From positions 109,083 to 173,082 of the forward strand of contig NZ_QVMM01000001.1 in the NCBI RefSeq assembly GCF_010501065.1: a stretch of 64,000 nucleotides of DNA, in the 5' to 3' direction. Position numbers and translations under genes: made by a program. The stretch's first letter is position 1. Every line of letters starts with the position of its first letter. The stretch comes from Dysgonomonas sp. 216 (lineage in GTDB: Bacteria > Bacteroidota > Bacteroidia > Bacteroidales > Dysgonomonadaceae). This document shows, in pieces, positions 17,491 through 27,681 of this stretch. The notes under the pieces are model-generated. The model made no database searches and was not told the origin of the DNA. It was given only the letters and a program-made list of their open reading frames with translations.

Positions 17491-20175
17491 TCAGTCTCTC
17501 CCGGCACTTTCCACCATCATACGTACTTTCTTATTAAAAGAATTCAACTTCAGCAATTCTTCAAGAGTTATATGCATACGATACCGCCAGTAATGTCGGG
17601 GATCGGCTGGTATATTTATTCGTTCTGCTGCGGCATCGGCATTTCTTACCTTCGCATCAACCGACATCCAATCTTGCAACGGAATAACAGTAAACATTGC
17701 AGGCGAATTTAAATGATTCGTCAATATTTTATTGCATATATCGGGAGTACACTCCACGGGGGCTTCTCCTTGCTCATGCAATACCCGATTATAATAATAC
17801 TGCGCATCGTCTCTGTTTTCGTTCCACCACAACCTGACAGGAGGCATATCGTGAGTTGATGTTGAGCAAACCGACATATAAGGGATAGAACTCAAATCCT
17901 CGAATTTTGCCCCATAAGCCTTAGGCATACGTTCTATCTCAAGACTAAGTATTTGCAAATCTGCCATAACCTGAGGAACACAGGCCGGAATCATCCCTAA
18001 ATCCTCGCCACAAACCAACATACCATTCGATGAAATAAGAACAGGTAGCTTCTTCATTGCCTCAGCATGCCAAAAATCGTTATGACGATAATAAAAAAAG
18101 TTATCATACAATCGGTTAAAAGCATCTTTCTGCGAATCATCTAGTTCCCTGTAAGCAAATGTATATTGTGCCGTTATACGTGGGTGATACTTGTCCGGTT
18201 CTCTTTTATCCTTAATAAACAGCACCTCGTTGCACAGGCTGTAAAGGCTATCCCGAAGCCGGATACTCCGCTCATTATCTTTCGTCTCGAATAAAGCACA
18301 TATCTTTTGCTGAGTATTACAAAACTCTTTCAGTTCAAAACGATCGGATGTTACCTGATTCAGATAAATATTTTTAGCCTCATCTGTATTATCGCCAAAT
18401 AGTTCGGACAAATACTCTTCTTTTACAGAAGCATTTATCATTCTGTTTTTATCAAAAACAACACCAAAACTATTTATCTCGGTATCGGTATAAGGTAGCG
18501 CCGGATTAAAATAACCTAACAAACCTTGTACCGAATGCTTCGGAATTTCCCAAATACGGAAAAAGCCCAAAATATGGTCGATTCGGTAAGCATCGAAATA
18601 ATCTGACATTTTCCTGAATCGCCCTATCCACCATTGGTAACCATCCTTAGCCATTTCCGTCCAATTATATGTAGGAAAGCCCCAATTTTGCCCATTTATA
18701 GAAAAATCATCAGGTGGTGCCCCGGTTTGTGTATCAAGATTAAATAAATGTGGTTCGGCCCATGAATCTGCACTTTTACCACTTATCCCGATAGGAATAT
18801 CTCCTTTCAACACAACTCCTTTACTATAAGCATAACTACGAACAGCCTGCAACTGCCGATGCAATAAAAATTGAACAAAGAATACACGGTTTACGGCTTT
18901 TTGAGCCTCCACATTCTCTTCCAAATACATCTCTAAAGCTCTCTTATCATATTTAGCAAACCTTCCCCAACAATTATAGTCGGCTGTCTGATAATGGTCT
19001 CTTAAATAAGAAAAACAAGCATAAGAGAAAATCCAGCCTTCACTATCCTCCAAAAATGCTTTATAAGCATCGCTTGCCTGAACTTCTTCTCCAACATCGT
19101 CAAATAAAAGGTTTATGTAGTCCTGTTTCATTCTTACTACACGTTCGTAGTCAAGAAATTCCAGGTCATTCAGTTTCTCTGCCTGTTTCAGATACTTGTT
19201 AAACACACGTGTATCTTTTAAAGGAAACTCTTTCAACCCCAGATATACAGGATGTAAAGCATAAATAGAGATAGCATTGTAAGGATAAGAATCGGTCCAT
19301 TTGTAAGTTATGGTCGTATCGTTTACAGGCAAAATCTGAATAACCTTTTGACCGGTTTTCACAGCCCAGTCTATCAGTTTAATCAGATCGGAGAATTCTC
19401 CTATTCCAAAGCTATCTTCCGATCTTAAAGAAAATACAGGAATAGCAATACCCGAAGCCCGCCAGCGTATCGAATCGTGACGATAAATAAACGACGATAC
19501 AATACAAACATTCTGCTCGCCTTTTTCCGGTAATGGAAGTAAATAACGGTTTTCGCCTTCCTCCCAATGAGCAATCTGTTTCTTTTTCTTATCATATATT
19601 GCAAACTTGTATTGCAGTCGCTCTTTTACGTTATCAGCATCTATCAATAGCTCCCACATTCCTTGTTGCCCTACCGGCGATAATCGGGAGGCTTTTTCAA
19701 CATTCCAATTTCCCAGAAAATCCGATTCCCCACATAATATAAGCACCTGATTTATGTCAACATAAGGACAAAACACTTGTAAACGAATAGAATTTTTTAA
19801 AACTTTTTTCTTCGGCATTACTACCCTATGAGAAAAAAAACTTTCGGTAAAAGCAGATGTCGATAAAAAGTTCTGAGAAGGTTTAATTATCCAGCTATCG
19901 TATAGATAAAAAGTTTTGCCTGATTCCAGTCCTATTTTCCTAACACTTCCCCATTCGTGCCTAACCGAAACCTGTCCTTCTTTCAATATATAGTAATAAT
20001 CGAGTTCCAGATGCCAATCTTCAATCTCGATATATCCATTCCATTCCGAAGCATCAGTACATGTAAGCAATAAAGCCTTGCTTTCGTCCATATCGCCCAA
20101 TTCGGGCACAGAACCACAAACATATATATTCTGTCCCCACGACGCACGATAGTCAATATTAAAATATATCTTCAT
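17491..20175 (-). CDS. malQ: 4-alpha-glucanotransferase (amylomaltase, GH77) with N-terminal starch-binding (CBM20-like) repeats
   Basis: An 894-aa ORF. Two N-terminal ~100-aa modules (IYVCGSVPELGDM..., VLILCGESDFLGNWN) are followed by the GH77 core, with GIAIPVFSLRSEDSFGIGEFSDL and DILVGKVLDALEKKGLL-type motifs. Confidence 0.8.
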   Translation of the reverse strand: MKIYFNIDYRASWGQNIYVCGSVPELGDMDESKALLLTCTDASEWNGYIEIEDWHLELDYYYILKEGQVSVRHEWGSVRKIGLESGKTFYLYDSWIIKPSQNFLSTSAFTESFFSHRVVMPKKKVLKNSIRLQVFCPYVDINQVLILCGESDFLGNWNVEKASRLSPVGQQGMWELLIDADNVKERLQYKFAIYDKKKKQIAHWEEGENRYLLPLPEKGEQNVCIVSSFIYRHDSIRWRASGIAIPVFSLRSEDSFGIGEFSDLIKLIDWAVKTGQKVIQILPVNDTTITYKWTDSYPYNAISIYALHPVYLGLKEFPLKDTRVFNKYLKQAEKLNDLEFLDYERVVRMKQDYINLLFDDVGEEVQASDAYKAFLEDSEGWIFSYACFSYLRDHYQTADYNCWGRFAKYDKRALEMYLEENVEAQKAVNRVFFVQFLLHRQLQAVRSYAYSKGVVLKGDIPIGISGKSADSWAEPHLFNLDTQTGAPPDDFSINGQNWGFPTYNWTEMAKDGYQWWIGRFRKMSDYFDAYRIDHILGFFRIWEIPKHSVQGLLGYFNPALPYTDTEINSFGVVFDKNRMINASVKEEYLSELFGDNTDEAKNIYLNQVTSDRFELKEFCNTQQKICALFETKDNERSIRLRDSLYSLCNEVLFIKDKREPDKYHPRITAQYTFAYRELDDSQKDAFNRLYDNFFYYRHNDFWHAEAMKKLPVLISSNGMLVCGEDLGMIPACVPQVMADLQILSLEIERMPKAYGAKFEDLSSIPYMSVCSTSTHDMPPVRLWWNENRDDAQYYYNRVLHEQGEAPVECTPDICNKILTNHLNSPAMFTVIPLQDWMSVDAKVRNADAAAERINIPADPRHYWRYRMHITLEELLKLNSFNKKVRMMVESAGRD

Positions 20176-20210
20176 CTATACGAATTTTCAATAACCCAAT
20201 AATAATAAAA

Positions 20211-20232
20211 CCCGGAAGATAATCTTACCGGG
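20211..20232 (-). terminator. terminator hairpin downstream of the yejM-like gene (minus strand)
   Basis: On the minus strand CCCGGTAAGATTATCTTCCGGG is followed by TTTTATTATTATT. Confidence 0.5.
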
Positions 20233-20268
20233 CTAACAAATATATCAAATGCTTTTTATATAAACAGT

Positions 20269-22125
20269 CTATTTTTTATAAAACATGTTCTTTTTTGCGA
20301 TAGCTTCATTCAGTTCCTGCACATTAATTCTGCTTCTGGGAACCTCATTCATATCCAGATCGAAAATATCCATTCTCCCCGAATGTCCTGTTGTTAATAT
20401 CAGGTCGTGCAACACAAATCCATACTCTACATTATTACCCACAACATGAGGATAACGGTCGGTATCATCCCACAAATCATATCCCATTGAATAATCGGAC
20501 GATGGGTTTTTAATCCCAAAGAAATGGGACATAATACTTGGGCTTATATCGTAATGTGTTGTAGTATGATTAAATACCTTTCCTTCGTCTATTCCCGGAT
20601 AATATACAATAAAAGGTACCTGCAACTGCCATTTTGAGTAATTTGAACCATGTCCCCAATAATTCTTCTGATTTTCGTTGAACTCCTGACCATGATCTCC
20701 GGTAACAACAATAATAGTATTCTCCAATAAGCCTTTTTTCTCTAGCGCATCTAACACTTTACCAACCAATATATCAGTCTGATGCACACAATTCTTATAC
20801 AAATTGAAGAACGGAGTTCTATCCATCCCATTATGCAGCTTTATATAATATGGTGCATCCCACGACGGCAAGAACTCTGTAAGCGAGTCTTTTGGCATAA
20901 CCATAGCATGTGGTAAATCGTAAAACACAAACGAAAAGAATGGTTTATCGTCGGTTCTGTTATCTATAAAGTCGATAAAACCATTTGTTATATCCTTATC
21001 TCTTTCCATCGGGCTATCTCCTTTTGCCTTTGTTCTTACATCAGGCACTGCTTTGAATACAATTTTATCGAGAGGAGGGCTTGCAAAATTTGCACTGGGA
21101 AACATCTCGAAATGATATCCTAACTGTAATAACCGATCGACAAGCACAGGAGACTTCTGCTCCATATAAAACTCCTGTTCGTATGTTAGCGAAACTCCAA
21201 AAAACAACCCGAATATTCCCCCTCTTGTTCCGCAGTGCGAACTCATATGATTCATAAAAGTATGCCCCCTTTTAGCAAAAGACACAATGTTCGGAGCTAC
21301 AATTGAATCGAGGGTAGTAGGATTCCACGAATCTATTACCAAATACACAACATTATATTGGGGTATAGAATCGGATAGCACCAAAGGATTGACCGGATAT
21401 TGAATATCGGACGAGGTTTTTCGATACGAAACCTTATCCAACTCGTCAGTCTTAACCAAGCCCCATTTCGACAAAAGAGTATTCGATGTCAGAGGAAAAA
21501 ACAAAGGTAATACCGTAGCCGATTTCTGTATACTATATTGTTTTTGGGCATGAGCCACCATATAAACCAAATGTGAAGCAACAATACAAAATACCAACAA
21601 TATACAAATCTTTCTGATTTTCGAAGGTTTCAGTTTTTCGTAATAACGCTTCGATATAATAACAGATAGCTGAATAGGCAGATATGCAAAAAAGAGGACA
21701 ATAACAATAAAGCTCAGATAAAGAGTCCAATCAAATACAAATATCTCGGTAGCAGCACCTCCGAATAAAAGTTCGAGAACAAAGCCATTTATATGGAATT
21801 TGTAAAGGTCGAAAACGTACATATCGAGTATAAGTACTATTTGCGTACTCAGCGTCATTGTTGCATAAATAATGGTAGCAACAAAACGCCTTCGAAGCAA
21901 CAAAGCAAATGGTATATAAAACACAATTTGCAGAAGAAGTGCAAATAAAGCTGCATGTCCCAAAGATGCTATCACAAAGTAGCCCCAAGACAAAACATCC
22001 ATATGTGCCGAGACATTACTCGTGAATACAGACACTACAAAATCGACAAAGAATATGAACAGGGTGCATAAATAAAGTAAAAAGCCATACTTTAATTTGC
22101 CCTTTACGCCTGAAAAGAGTTTCAT
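20269..22125 (-). CDS. inner-membrane sulfatase-domain protein, YejM/PbgA(LapC)-like (DUF3413 plus alkaline-phosphatase superfamily)
   Basis: The N-terminus is multi-pass transmembrane. The C-terminal periplasmic sulfatase-like domain has VVYLVIDSWNP and IIVVTGDHGQEF. The start is placed at the ATG (MKLFSGVKG...); the track's longer ORF begins at a TTG at 22176. Confidence 0.65.
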   Translation of the reverse strand: MKLFSGVKGKLKYGFLLYLCTLFIFFVDFVVSVFTSNVSAHMDVLSWGYFVIASLGHAALFALLLQIVFYIPFALLLRRRFVATIIYATMTLSTQIVLILDMYVFDLYKFHINGFVLELLFGGAATEIFVFDWTLYLSFIVIVLFFAYLPIQLSVIISKRYYEKLKPSKIRKICILLVFCIVASHLVYMVAHAQKQYSIQKSATVLPLFFPLTSNTLLSKWGLVKTDELDKVSYRKTSSDIQYPVNPLVLSDSIPQYNVVYLVIDSWNPTTLDSIVAPNIVSFAKRGHTFMNHMSSHCGTRGGIFGLFFGVSLTYEQEFYMEQKSPVLVDRLLQLGYHFEMFPSANFASPPLDKIVFKAVPDVRTKAKGDSPMERDKDITNGFIDFIDNRTDDKPFFSFVFYDLPHAMVMPKDSLTEFLPSWDAPYYIKLHNGMDRTPFFNLYKNCVHQTDILVGKVLDALEKKGLLENTIIVVTGDHGQEFNENQKNYWGHGSNYSKWQLQVPFIVYYPGIDEGKVFNHTTTHYDISPSIMSHFFGIKNPSSDYSMGYDLWDDTDRYPHVVGNNVEYGFVLHDLILTTGHSGRMDIFDLDMNEVPRSRINVQELNEAIAKKNMFYKK

Positions 22126-22183
22126 TTTACCAATATTTCTCGCAAAAGTATTTTTTCTCGTGGCAAAAATACTCAATTCAATC

Positions 22184-22672
22184 TTAATTATACAATAAAT
22201 CTATAATTATACGCCAATCTTTAATTTTGGAGTCTATACCCATTCGGGCATTTGCACTACTTGGCGAAGGCAATGTGAAGTATTCTTTATTGCCAAACTT
22301 ACCCACATACTTTATATAGTATTCTTCAGCCTTTTTACTGGCAAAACATACGAACTTTATATTGGGGTACGCAGCAAACAACACCGAGAAGTCGTTCGGT
22401 ATTTCTTTTTGAATAGCAGTGTCGGCACTACCCTCCCGTTCGCATGCCGCCAAAACATCCCATAAAGCTATGCGATTGTCAAGTAACAATTGCTTTTTAG
22501 CCCCATAGTCCGTGAGGAAGGGCACACCTAATACCGAACATATTATTTGCCAAAACTGGTTACTTTTATGCCCATAGTACTCTTGTTTCCTCAACGATTC
22601 TTCTCCCGGCATTGTACCTAATATCAACACTGTGGAATTATCATCTACTATGGGCTTAAATGCTTTTTTCAT
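22184..22672 (-). CDS. DNA-deoxyinosine (hypoxanthine) glycosylase, UDG superfamily
   Basis: MKKAFKPIVDDNSTVLILGTMPGEESLRKQEYYGHKSNQFWQIIC carries the family signature ILGTMPG...YY..NQFW. The start is taken at the ATG 22672; the track's 22690 is a TTG. Confidence 0.75.
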   Translation of the reverse strand: MKKAFKPIVDDNSTVLILGTMPGEESLRKQEYYGHKSNQFWQIICSVLGVPFLTDYGAKKQLLLDNRIALWDVLAACEREGSADTAIQKEIPNDFSVLFAAYPNIKFVCFASKKAEEYYIKYVGKFGNKEYFTLPSPSSANARMGIDSKIKDWRIIIDLLYN

Positions 22673-22733
22673 AATTACTAATTCTATCAATATAGAATTA
22701 CAGCCTCGTTTTAAAACCTTTTTGCTTTCATTT

Positions 22734-22765
22734 TTGAAAAACCTGACATACCTGACAAAAAAACG
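22734..22765 (-). repeat. intergenic motif copy 3 (minus-strand reading TTTTTTTGTCAGGTATGTCAGGTTTTTCAAAAA)
   Basis: The same GTCAGGT-RTGTCAGG-TTTTT element as at 7691 and 7871. It lies downstream of the helicase gene and ~65 bp upstream of the glycosylase ATG. Confidence 0.7.
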
Positions 22766-22842
22766 ATATTTATAATTTAACCCTTCTACCTACTAAGGTT
22801 CGATAACTTAATCCCCTTGGTATAGATAAAAAGATAGTTGTT

Positions 22843-25800
22843 TTATTCCACCGGAACAATTTTATCAAGCGTTACATAACAAATAAAACCTGACACTTTT
22901 TCGTAGCCCATTTTCAGTATCTGAGCCATATAATATTTAACTTGTTTATGGTACTTTTTGCTTTCTTTCCCCCCAAATTTATAATCAACAACAATAACTT
23001 CATCGTTATTTATCATTACTCTGTCAGGACGAATAAAAACGCCGTTTGGCTGTAATATCTCTACTTCATTCAAAACTCTGTACTTTCCGGAATACCATTC
23101 TGCAACTTCCTCTCTTATCAGAAAGTTCACAATCATATCAATTACTTTCGTTTTTTCATCCTGTGTTATGTCGCCCGATATACTATATTGTTCAACAATA
23201 TCAGTAACCTCATCCAACGATTTTACCTTACTTATAATCTCGTGCATCAGGGTTCCGTATTCCCGTTGCCCTTTATCGGAGAAGAAGTATTTATTATTCA
23301 GCTTTAACCTCAAGCGTTCGTCAAACGCAACACTCGACAATGTCCCTATTTTTATTTCTCCCGAACCATCTTCCTCGCTTTTCAAATAAGGTTCGTAGCT
23401 AACCCCCAACTCAAATACTCCCGATTCTTCATCCAAATTCTCCTGAAGCGGTATGTACTCGACGCTTTTCAAGGTATTACCTATACCATTTAAAGTACCC
23501 CACAACAACGATGAGATATTATTAATTTTATCCTTCGTTGGTCGGGGCGAGAATGCAATAAGATCTTTCTTTGCACGGGTAAATGCCACATATAGCACAT
23601 TCAGGTTATCGATATGAGCATGCAATTTTTCGTTGAAATAATCGTATGCAAATATTGTATTCTTTAGTTTCTGCGAATACTTTACAGGAACAAGATGCAA
23701 TTTATCGAAAGGCTCTGTTTGTGGCCTACACCATAAAATAGTAGTTAGTTTATGATCGATTTCCCAATTGCAAAAAGGTATCAGCACAGCTTCGAAACCC
23801 AACCCCTTCGATTTATGTATTGTCATTATACGGATAGCATCCTGCCCATCGGGGGTAAATATTGTTTTAGTAGAACCCGAATCGTCCCACCATTGCAGAA
23901 AACTATCCAAATCGGATGATTGCCTAACCGCATAATCGAGAACCATATCCAGAAAAGTTTGAATATATACATTCTCATTCTCTTCCATAGCCTCATGAAA
24001 CATTTCGAAAACGCCTTCTACCATTTCATATAAAGGCATTTCGCGTATCTGTTCCAACTCTGCCCGAATATCTTCGGGAAAATCGCCTTTGGCAAAATGT
24101 TTCTGCAAAGCCATTTCGGAGGTCAAACCGTCTTTGAATTTGTAATACTCATAAATCGCTAAGCTCCTCAAAGCCATATCTAACGGATTGCTTAAATATT
24201 TAAGCAGCGAGATAATGAGTTTTATACTCTTCGAATTTCTGACAAACAATGCCTCATCCGATATTATATCATACTTATATTTCGAATCGGGGTGCTCCCC
24301 TTTATAACGAAGTAAGCAATCAGCAACATCAGCACCTTCTTTTTTTGTACGTACCAATATTGCAATATCTTTCAGGGCATACCCTCTGTCCTGTAAATCC
24401 TCTATGGTATGAGGTAATTGTTCCAAAACGGTAGCCTGCCAATCCGAATTATCAGCCGTATCTATAAACTCGACCTTTACATGTCCGCCATTATCTTTTT
24501 TGTGGGGTGCATAGTGCTGATACAAACCCGAATAGGCCTGAACTATTTTCGAAAAAAATTCTTCTGTTGCATTATCCCTTACGTCTTCGAGCGAATCGTT
24601 AAACTCCGACTGTAACAACTGTGCAGCCATGCCGAACACTGCATTATTGAAATCAACTATATTTTTTTCGCTTCGCCAATTTGTACCTAACAAACGATGA
24701 TCTATATTCCGAGAACCAAAATCAACATCTAGCTGCGTATCCAGCAATTTCCAATCCGAGTTGCGCCAACGGTATATACTTTGCTTAACATCACCCACAA
24801 TCAGATTACGGTTTCCGGTCGCCAAACTATCATTGAGTAAGGGGCGAAAATTAGCCCACTGCATACCCGATGTATCCTGAAACTCGTCAATCATATAATG
24901 ATTTACATAAGTTCCTGTTTTCTCATATATGAAAGGACTGTCCGTTCCCTGAACTATTTTGCTGAGCAGCTCTGTTGTATCCGAGATAAGCATCAGGTTG
25001 TTCTCGGCAGTATATTCCCTTATCTTAGAGTCTACATCGCTCAAAATACCTAATGCAAAATAGTAACGATTTATTTCGTATGCTGTTTGGTAAAAAAACG
25101 AGTTTTCATAATGGCTTATAACTTCTTTCACACAATCGTTCAACCCGCTTGCATAAGCCTCTTCAATTTTACCCTTTGTTGCTGTATCGGTTTTCGCAGT
25201 ATACCAGTTTCCTATATTATCATATAAGTTAGTAAACGTTGCGTTTGGCATTTTTATTTCGCCATTTGCCCAAGTCACAAAATTCGTAAAAGGCGACCTG
25301 CTTCCATTTTTGAAATCGGCAGGTAGCAGCCCGAACCTATCCATAATATTCAGCCCCTTCTCCCCTAACTGTTGCGAACGTTTTTCGTACTCGCGAATAT
25401 ACGAAACCAGCATCGATTTATATTCGTCCAATGCGGTTTTATCTTCAATATCTTTTTGTAGTTGATCGCTGAAAGCTTTGTAACTTTCCTTAAATATCTC
25501 GGACGAGAGCGATTGAATGTCATTTTTAACATTCCATGTTTCGCCATTTTCTATTTTTTCTTCCGAAAACCTCAATAGCCAATCCAACAACCTTTTATTC
25601 TCCGATTTCTCAAGGTCGGAAAGCATGCTGTCAATAGCCTCCCTCAACACTTTAGTTGTATCAAGCTCTACATTATAACCACCTCCCAAACCTATTTCGC
25701 GGGTAAATGCACGCATTGTTTGTTGAAAAAAGCGGTCGATAGTACTTACCGAAAATGCAGAATAATCGTGAAGTATATTTATAAGAGTACGTTTGGCCTT

Positions 25801-26082
25801 TTCCCTTATTCGTTCTTCTGTTTCGGCATACTCATACACCAATTCGCTTATATAATCAGACTTTTGCCCCGACGCAAGTTTCGACAGTTCTTCTACAATG
25901 CGGCTCTTCATCTCGTCGGTAGCCTTATTGGTAAATGTTACCGCCAAAATATGCCTGTAAGCAAAAGGAGAAGCAAAAAGCAGGCGTAGATACTCGTACG
26001 TCAACTGATGAGTTTTACCCGATCCTGCCGACGCCCTATAAACTAATAAATTTGCACTATCAGATGATTCGTGCTTTGGCAT
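22843..26082 (-). CDS. UvrD/Rep-family ATP-dependent helicase with a C-terminal PD-(D/E)xK nuclease domain (AddA-like)
   Basis: A 1079-aa ORF. Walker A is LVYRASAGSGKTHQLTYEYL. Helicase motifs are present (ILAVTFTNKATDEMKSRI, DEFQDTSGMQWANF, GDVKQSIYRWRNSD, IMTIHKSKGLGFEAV). A C-terminal RecB-like nuclease region contains GTLMHEII...DYKFGG. Confidence 0.8.
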   Translation of the reverse strand: MPKHESSDSANLLVYRASAGSGKTHQLTYEYLRLLFASPFAYRHILAVTFTNKATDEMKSRIVEELSKLASGQKSDYISELVYEYAETEERIREKAKRTLINILHDYSAFSVSTIDRFFQQTMRAFTREIGLGGGYNVELDTTKVLREAIDSMLSDLEKSENKRLLDWLLRFSEEKIENGETWNVKNDIQSLSSEIFKESYKAFSDQLQKDIEDKTALDEYKSMLVSYIREYEKRSQQLGEKGLNIMDRFGLLPADFKNGSRSPFTNFVTWANGEIKMPNATFTNLYDNIGNWYTAKTDTATKGKIEEAYASGLNDCVKEVISHYENSFFYQTAYEINRYYFALGILSDVDSKIREYTAENNLMLISDTTELLSKIVQGTDSPFIYEKTGTYVNHYMIDEFQDTSGMQWANFRPLLNDSLATGNRNLIVGDVKQSIYRWRNSDWKLLDTQLDVDFGSRNIDHRLLGTNWRSEKNIVDFNNAVFGMAAQLLQSEFNDSLEDVRDNATEEFFSKIVQAYSGLYQHYAPHKKDNGGHVKVEFIDTADNSDWQATVLEQLPHTIEDLQDRGYALKDIAILVRTKKEGADVADCLLRYKGEHPDSKYKYDIISDEALFVRNSKSIKLIISLLKYLSNPLDMALRSLAIYEYYKFKDGLTSEMALQKHFAKGDFPEDIRAELEQIREMPLYEMVEGVFEMFHEAMEENENVYIQTFLDMVLDYAVRQSSDLDSFLQWWDDSGSTKTIFTPDGQDAIRIMTIHKSKGLGFEAVLIPFCNWEIDHKLTTILWCRPQTEPFDKLHLVPVKYSQKLKNTIFAYDYFNEKLHAHIDNLNVLYVAFTRAKKDLIAFSPRPTKDKINNISSLLWGTLNGIGNTLKSVEYIPLQENLDEESGVFELGVSYEPYLKSEEDGSGEIKIGTLSSVAFDERLRLKLNNKYFFSDKGQREYGTLMHEIISKVKSLDEVTDIVEQYSISGDITQDEKTKVIDMIVNFLIREEVAEWYSGKYRVLNEVEILQPNGVFIRPDRVMINNDEVIVVDYKFGGKESKKYHKQVKYYMAQILKMGYEKVSGFICYVTLDKIVPVE

Positions 26083-26410
26083 ATCCTTCTTTTTTTAGAA
26101 GTTCTAATACTTTATTCCGCAAATCGCCCTGAACTATTATTTCTCCGTCCTTAGCCGATCCGCCTACCCCACACTTCACTTTAAGAAACTTCCCTAAATC
26201 CTGCAAATCGTCATCTGTACCTACAAAACCTGCTATCAAGGTTACAGCTTTTCCTTTACGGTTACGCTTATCAAGCGAAACCCGCAACAATTGTTTTTCC
26301 TTAGGTAAAGTATCCGATTCTTCTTCATCTTCCGATTCGTATTTGAAGTCGGGATTAGTTGAGTAAACAACATTCAAACGGTCTTTCCAGTCGTTATTAT
26401 TTTTTTTCAT
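26060..26410 (-). CDS. yciH: translation initiation factor SUI1/YciH family
   Basis: RVSLDKRNRKGKAVTLIAGFVGTDDDLQDLGKFLKVKCGVGGSAKDGEIIVQGDLRNKVLELLKKEGY is the SUI1 fold. Its stop overlaps the helicase start by ~23 nt. Confidence 0.8.
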   Translation of the reverse strand: MKKNNNDWKDRLNVVYSTNPDFKYESEDEEESDTLPKEKQLLRVSLDKRNRKGKAVTLIAGFVGTDDDLQDLGKFLKVKCGVGGSAKDGEIIVQGDLRNKVLELLKKEGYAKARII

Positions 26411-27536
26411 TATTAATCAATTTCTTTATTTCTTCTTCTATCTCTTCTCCCCGTATATTTTTAGCAACAACAATACCCTCCCTATCGATAAGTACAGTAT
26501 GAGGAATTGAATTTATACCATATATTGATCTTGCCGAATCTTTTCCTTTTTTCGAAAGTAATTGCGTCCAGACTAACTGATCCTGATCAACAGCTTTTTT
26601 CCATGCACTTTCATTGCTGTCAGTGGATATATTTATAATCTCAAATCCGTCTCCATTGTATTTTGTATAAAACTCCTTCATTAATGGAAACTCTTGTCTA
26701 CATGGTCTGCAGGCCGATGCCCAAAAATCCAGTAACACAATCCTTCCTTTACCTACATATTGCGAAAGCTTTACATCTCTCCCCGTCAAATCGGTACAAG
26801 TTAGTTCGTAAAATGGTTTGCCTATTATTGCATATCCTCTTTTCTTTTTTTCTTCTTCTTGTTTTATCGAATCATTTTTTGCTTTCTCTAACAATCGTTT
26901 ACCAGATACGACATATAGTTCTTTCTTTTGTGAGACATTCAAAAATATGTAATTTTTTACATAAATCTCATCGAAAAGCGGGCTTCCCACTATGCTTTTT
27001 AGATAAGGACAGAGTGTGTCATTTATCTTTTCTGCCAAAGCTGCCATTTCTTCGAGCTGAACGGAGTTGCCGTTATCTTTACTTTCTCCCTTCCTCTTCT
27101 TAATGGTTAATACTACCTCTTTTTTGATTTTCTGTAATTCATTCAAACGGTCATTTTCAGGTGACCCCGAAAGAGTAGGATAACCATTTGAATCGACAAT
27201 CATTTCAATATTACCGCTTTCGGGAATAAACATAAGATCAGGGTCAAAAGATCGGGTATTTTGTATGTTTCCTAAAAATATGTATCGTGCCACTAATGAA
27301 TCGTTTATAGCTTTTCCTTTAAAAACAAATTCGTTATTTTTTATTATTATTGAGTCCAGACTTACGAAACTCTCCAAGTCATCATTCATCTTCGTTAGAT
27401 AAGCGTAATGTCCATTAAAAAGCTCGTTGGAGATTTTTACAGTCAACGTAAAGTCATTACCTGCTTGCTTTTTTGCATCTTGACAGGACAATTGTACAAA
27501 AAAAGGCAAGATTAACAAAAATGAAAGTTTTTTCAT
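26397..27536 (-). CDS. TlpA-like thiol:disulfide oxidoreductase lipoprotein (DUF4369 N-domain plus thioredoxin fold)
   Basis: Lipoprotein-type signal MKKLSFLLILPFFVQLSC. The thioredoxin domain has the CxxC motif LLDFWASACRPCRQEFPLMKE. The start is taken at the ATG 27536 rather than the upstream ATG 27575. It overlaps the yciH start by 14 nt. Confidence 0.8.
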   Translation of the reverse strand: MKKLSFLLILPFFVQLSCQDAKKQAGNDFTLTVKISNELFNGHYAYLTKMNDDLESFVSLDSIIIKNNEFVFKGKAINDSLVARYIFLGNIQNTRSFDPDLMFIPESGNIEMIVDSNGYPTLSGSPENDRLNELQKIKKEVVLTIKKRKGESKDNGNSVQLEEMAALAEKINDTLCPYLKSIVGSPLFDEIYVKNYIFLNVSQKKELYVVSGKRLLEKAKNDSIKQEEEKKKRGYAIIGKPFYELTCTDLTGRDVKLSQYVGKGRIVLLDFWASACRPCRQEFPLMKEFYTKYNGDGFEIINISTDSNESAWKKAVDQDQLVWTQLLSKKGKDSARSIYGINSIPHTVLIDREGIVVAKNIRGEEIEEEIKKLINNEKK

Positions 27537-27681
27537 AAATCTATTATTAAAGATAAAACATAAACAAAGATACATTTTTCCGCCGTATTTTCTTTTGCTA
27601 TTTTTAAGTAAGTCAACAACCCTCTCAAGAGATAAAAGCGAAACTTAATTCGTAACTTTGCACCTCGAAAAATTGGAACTA

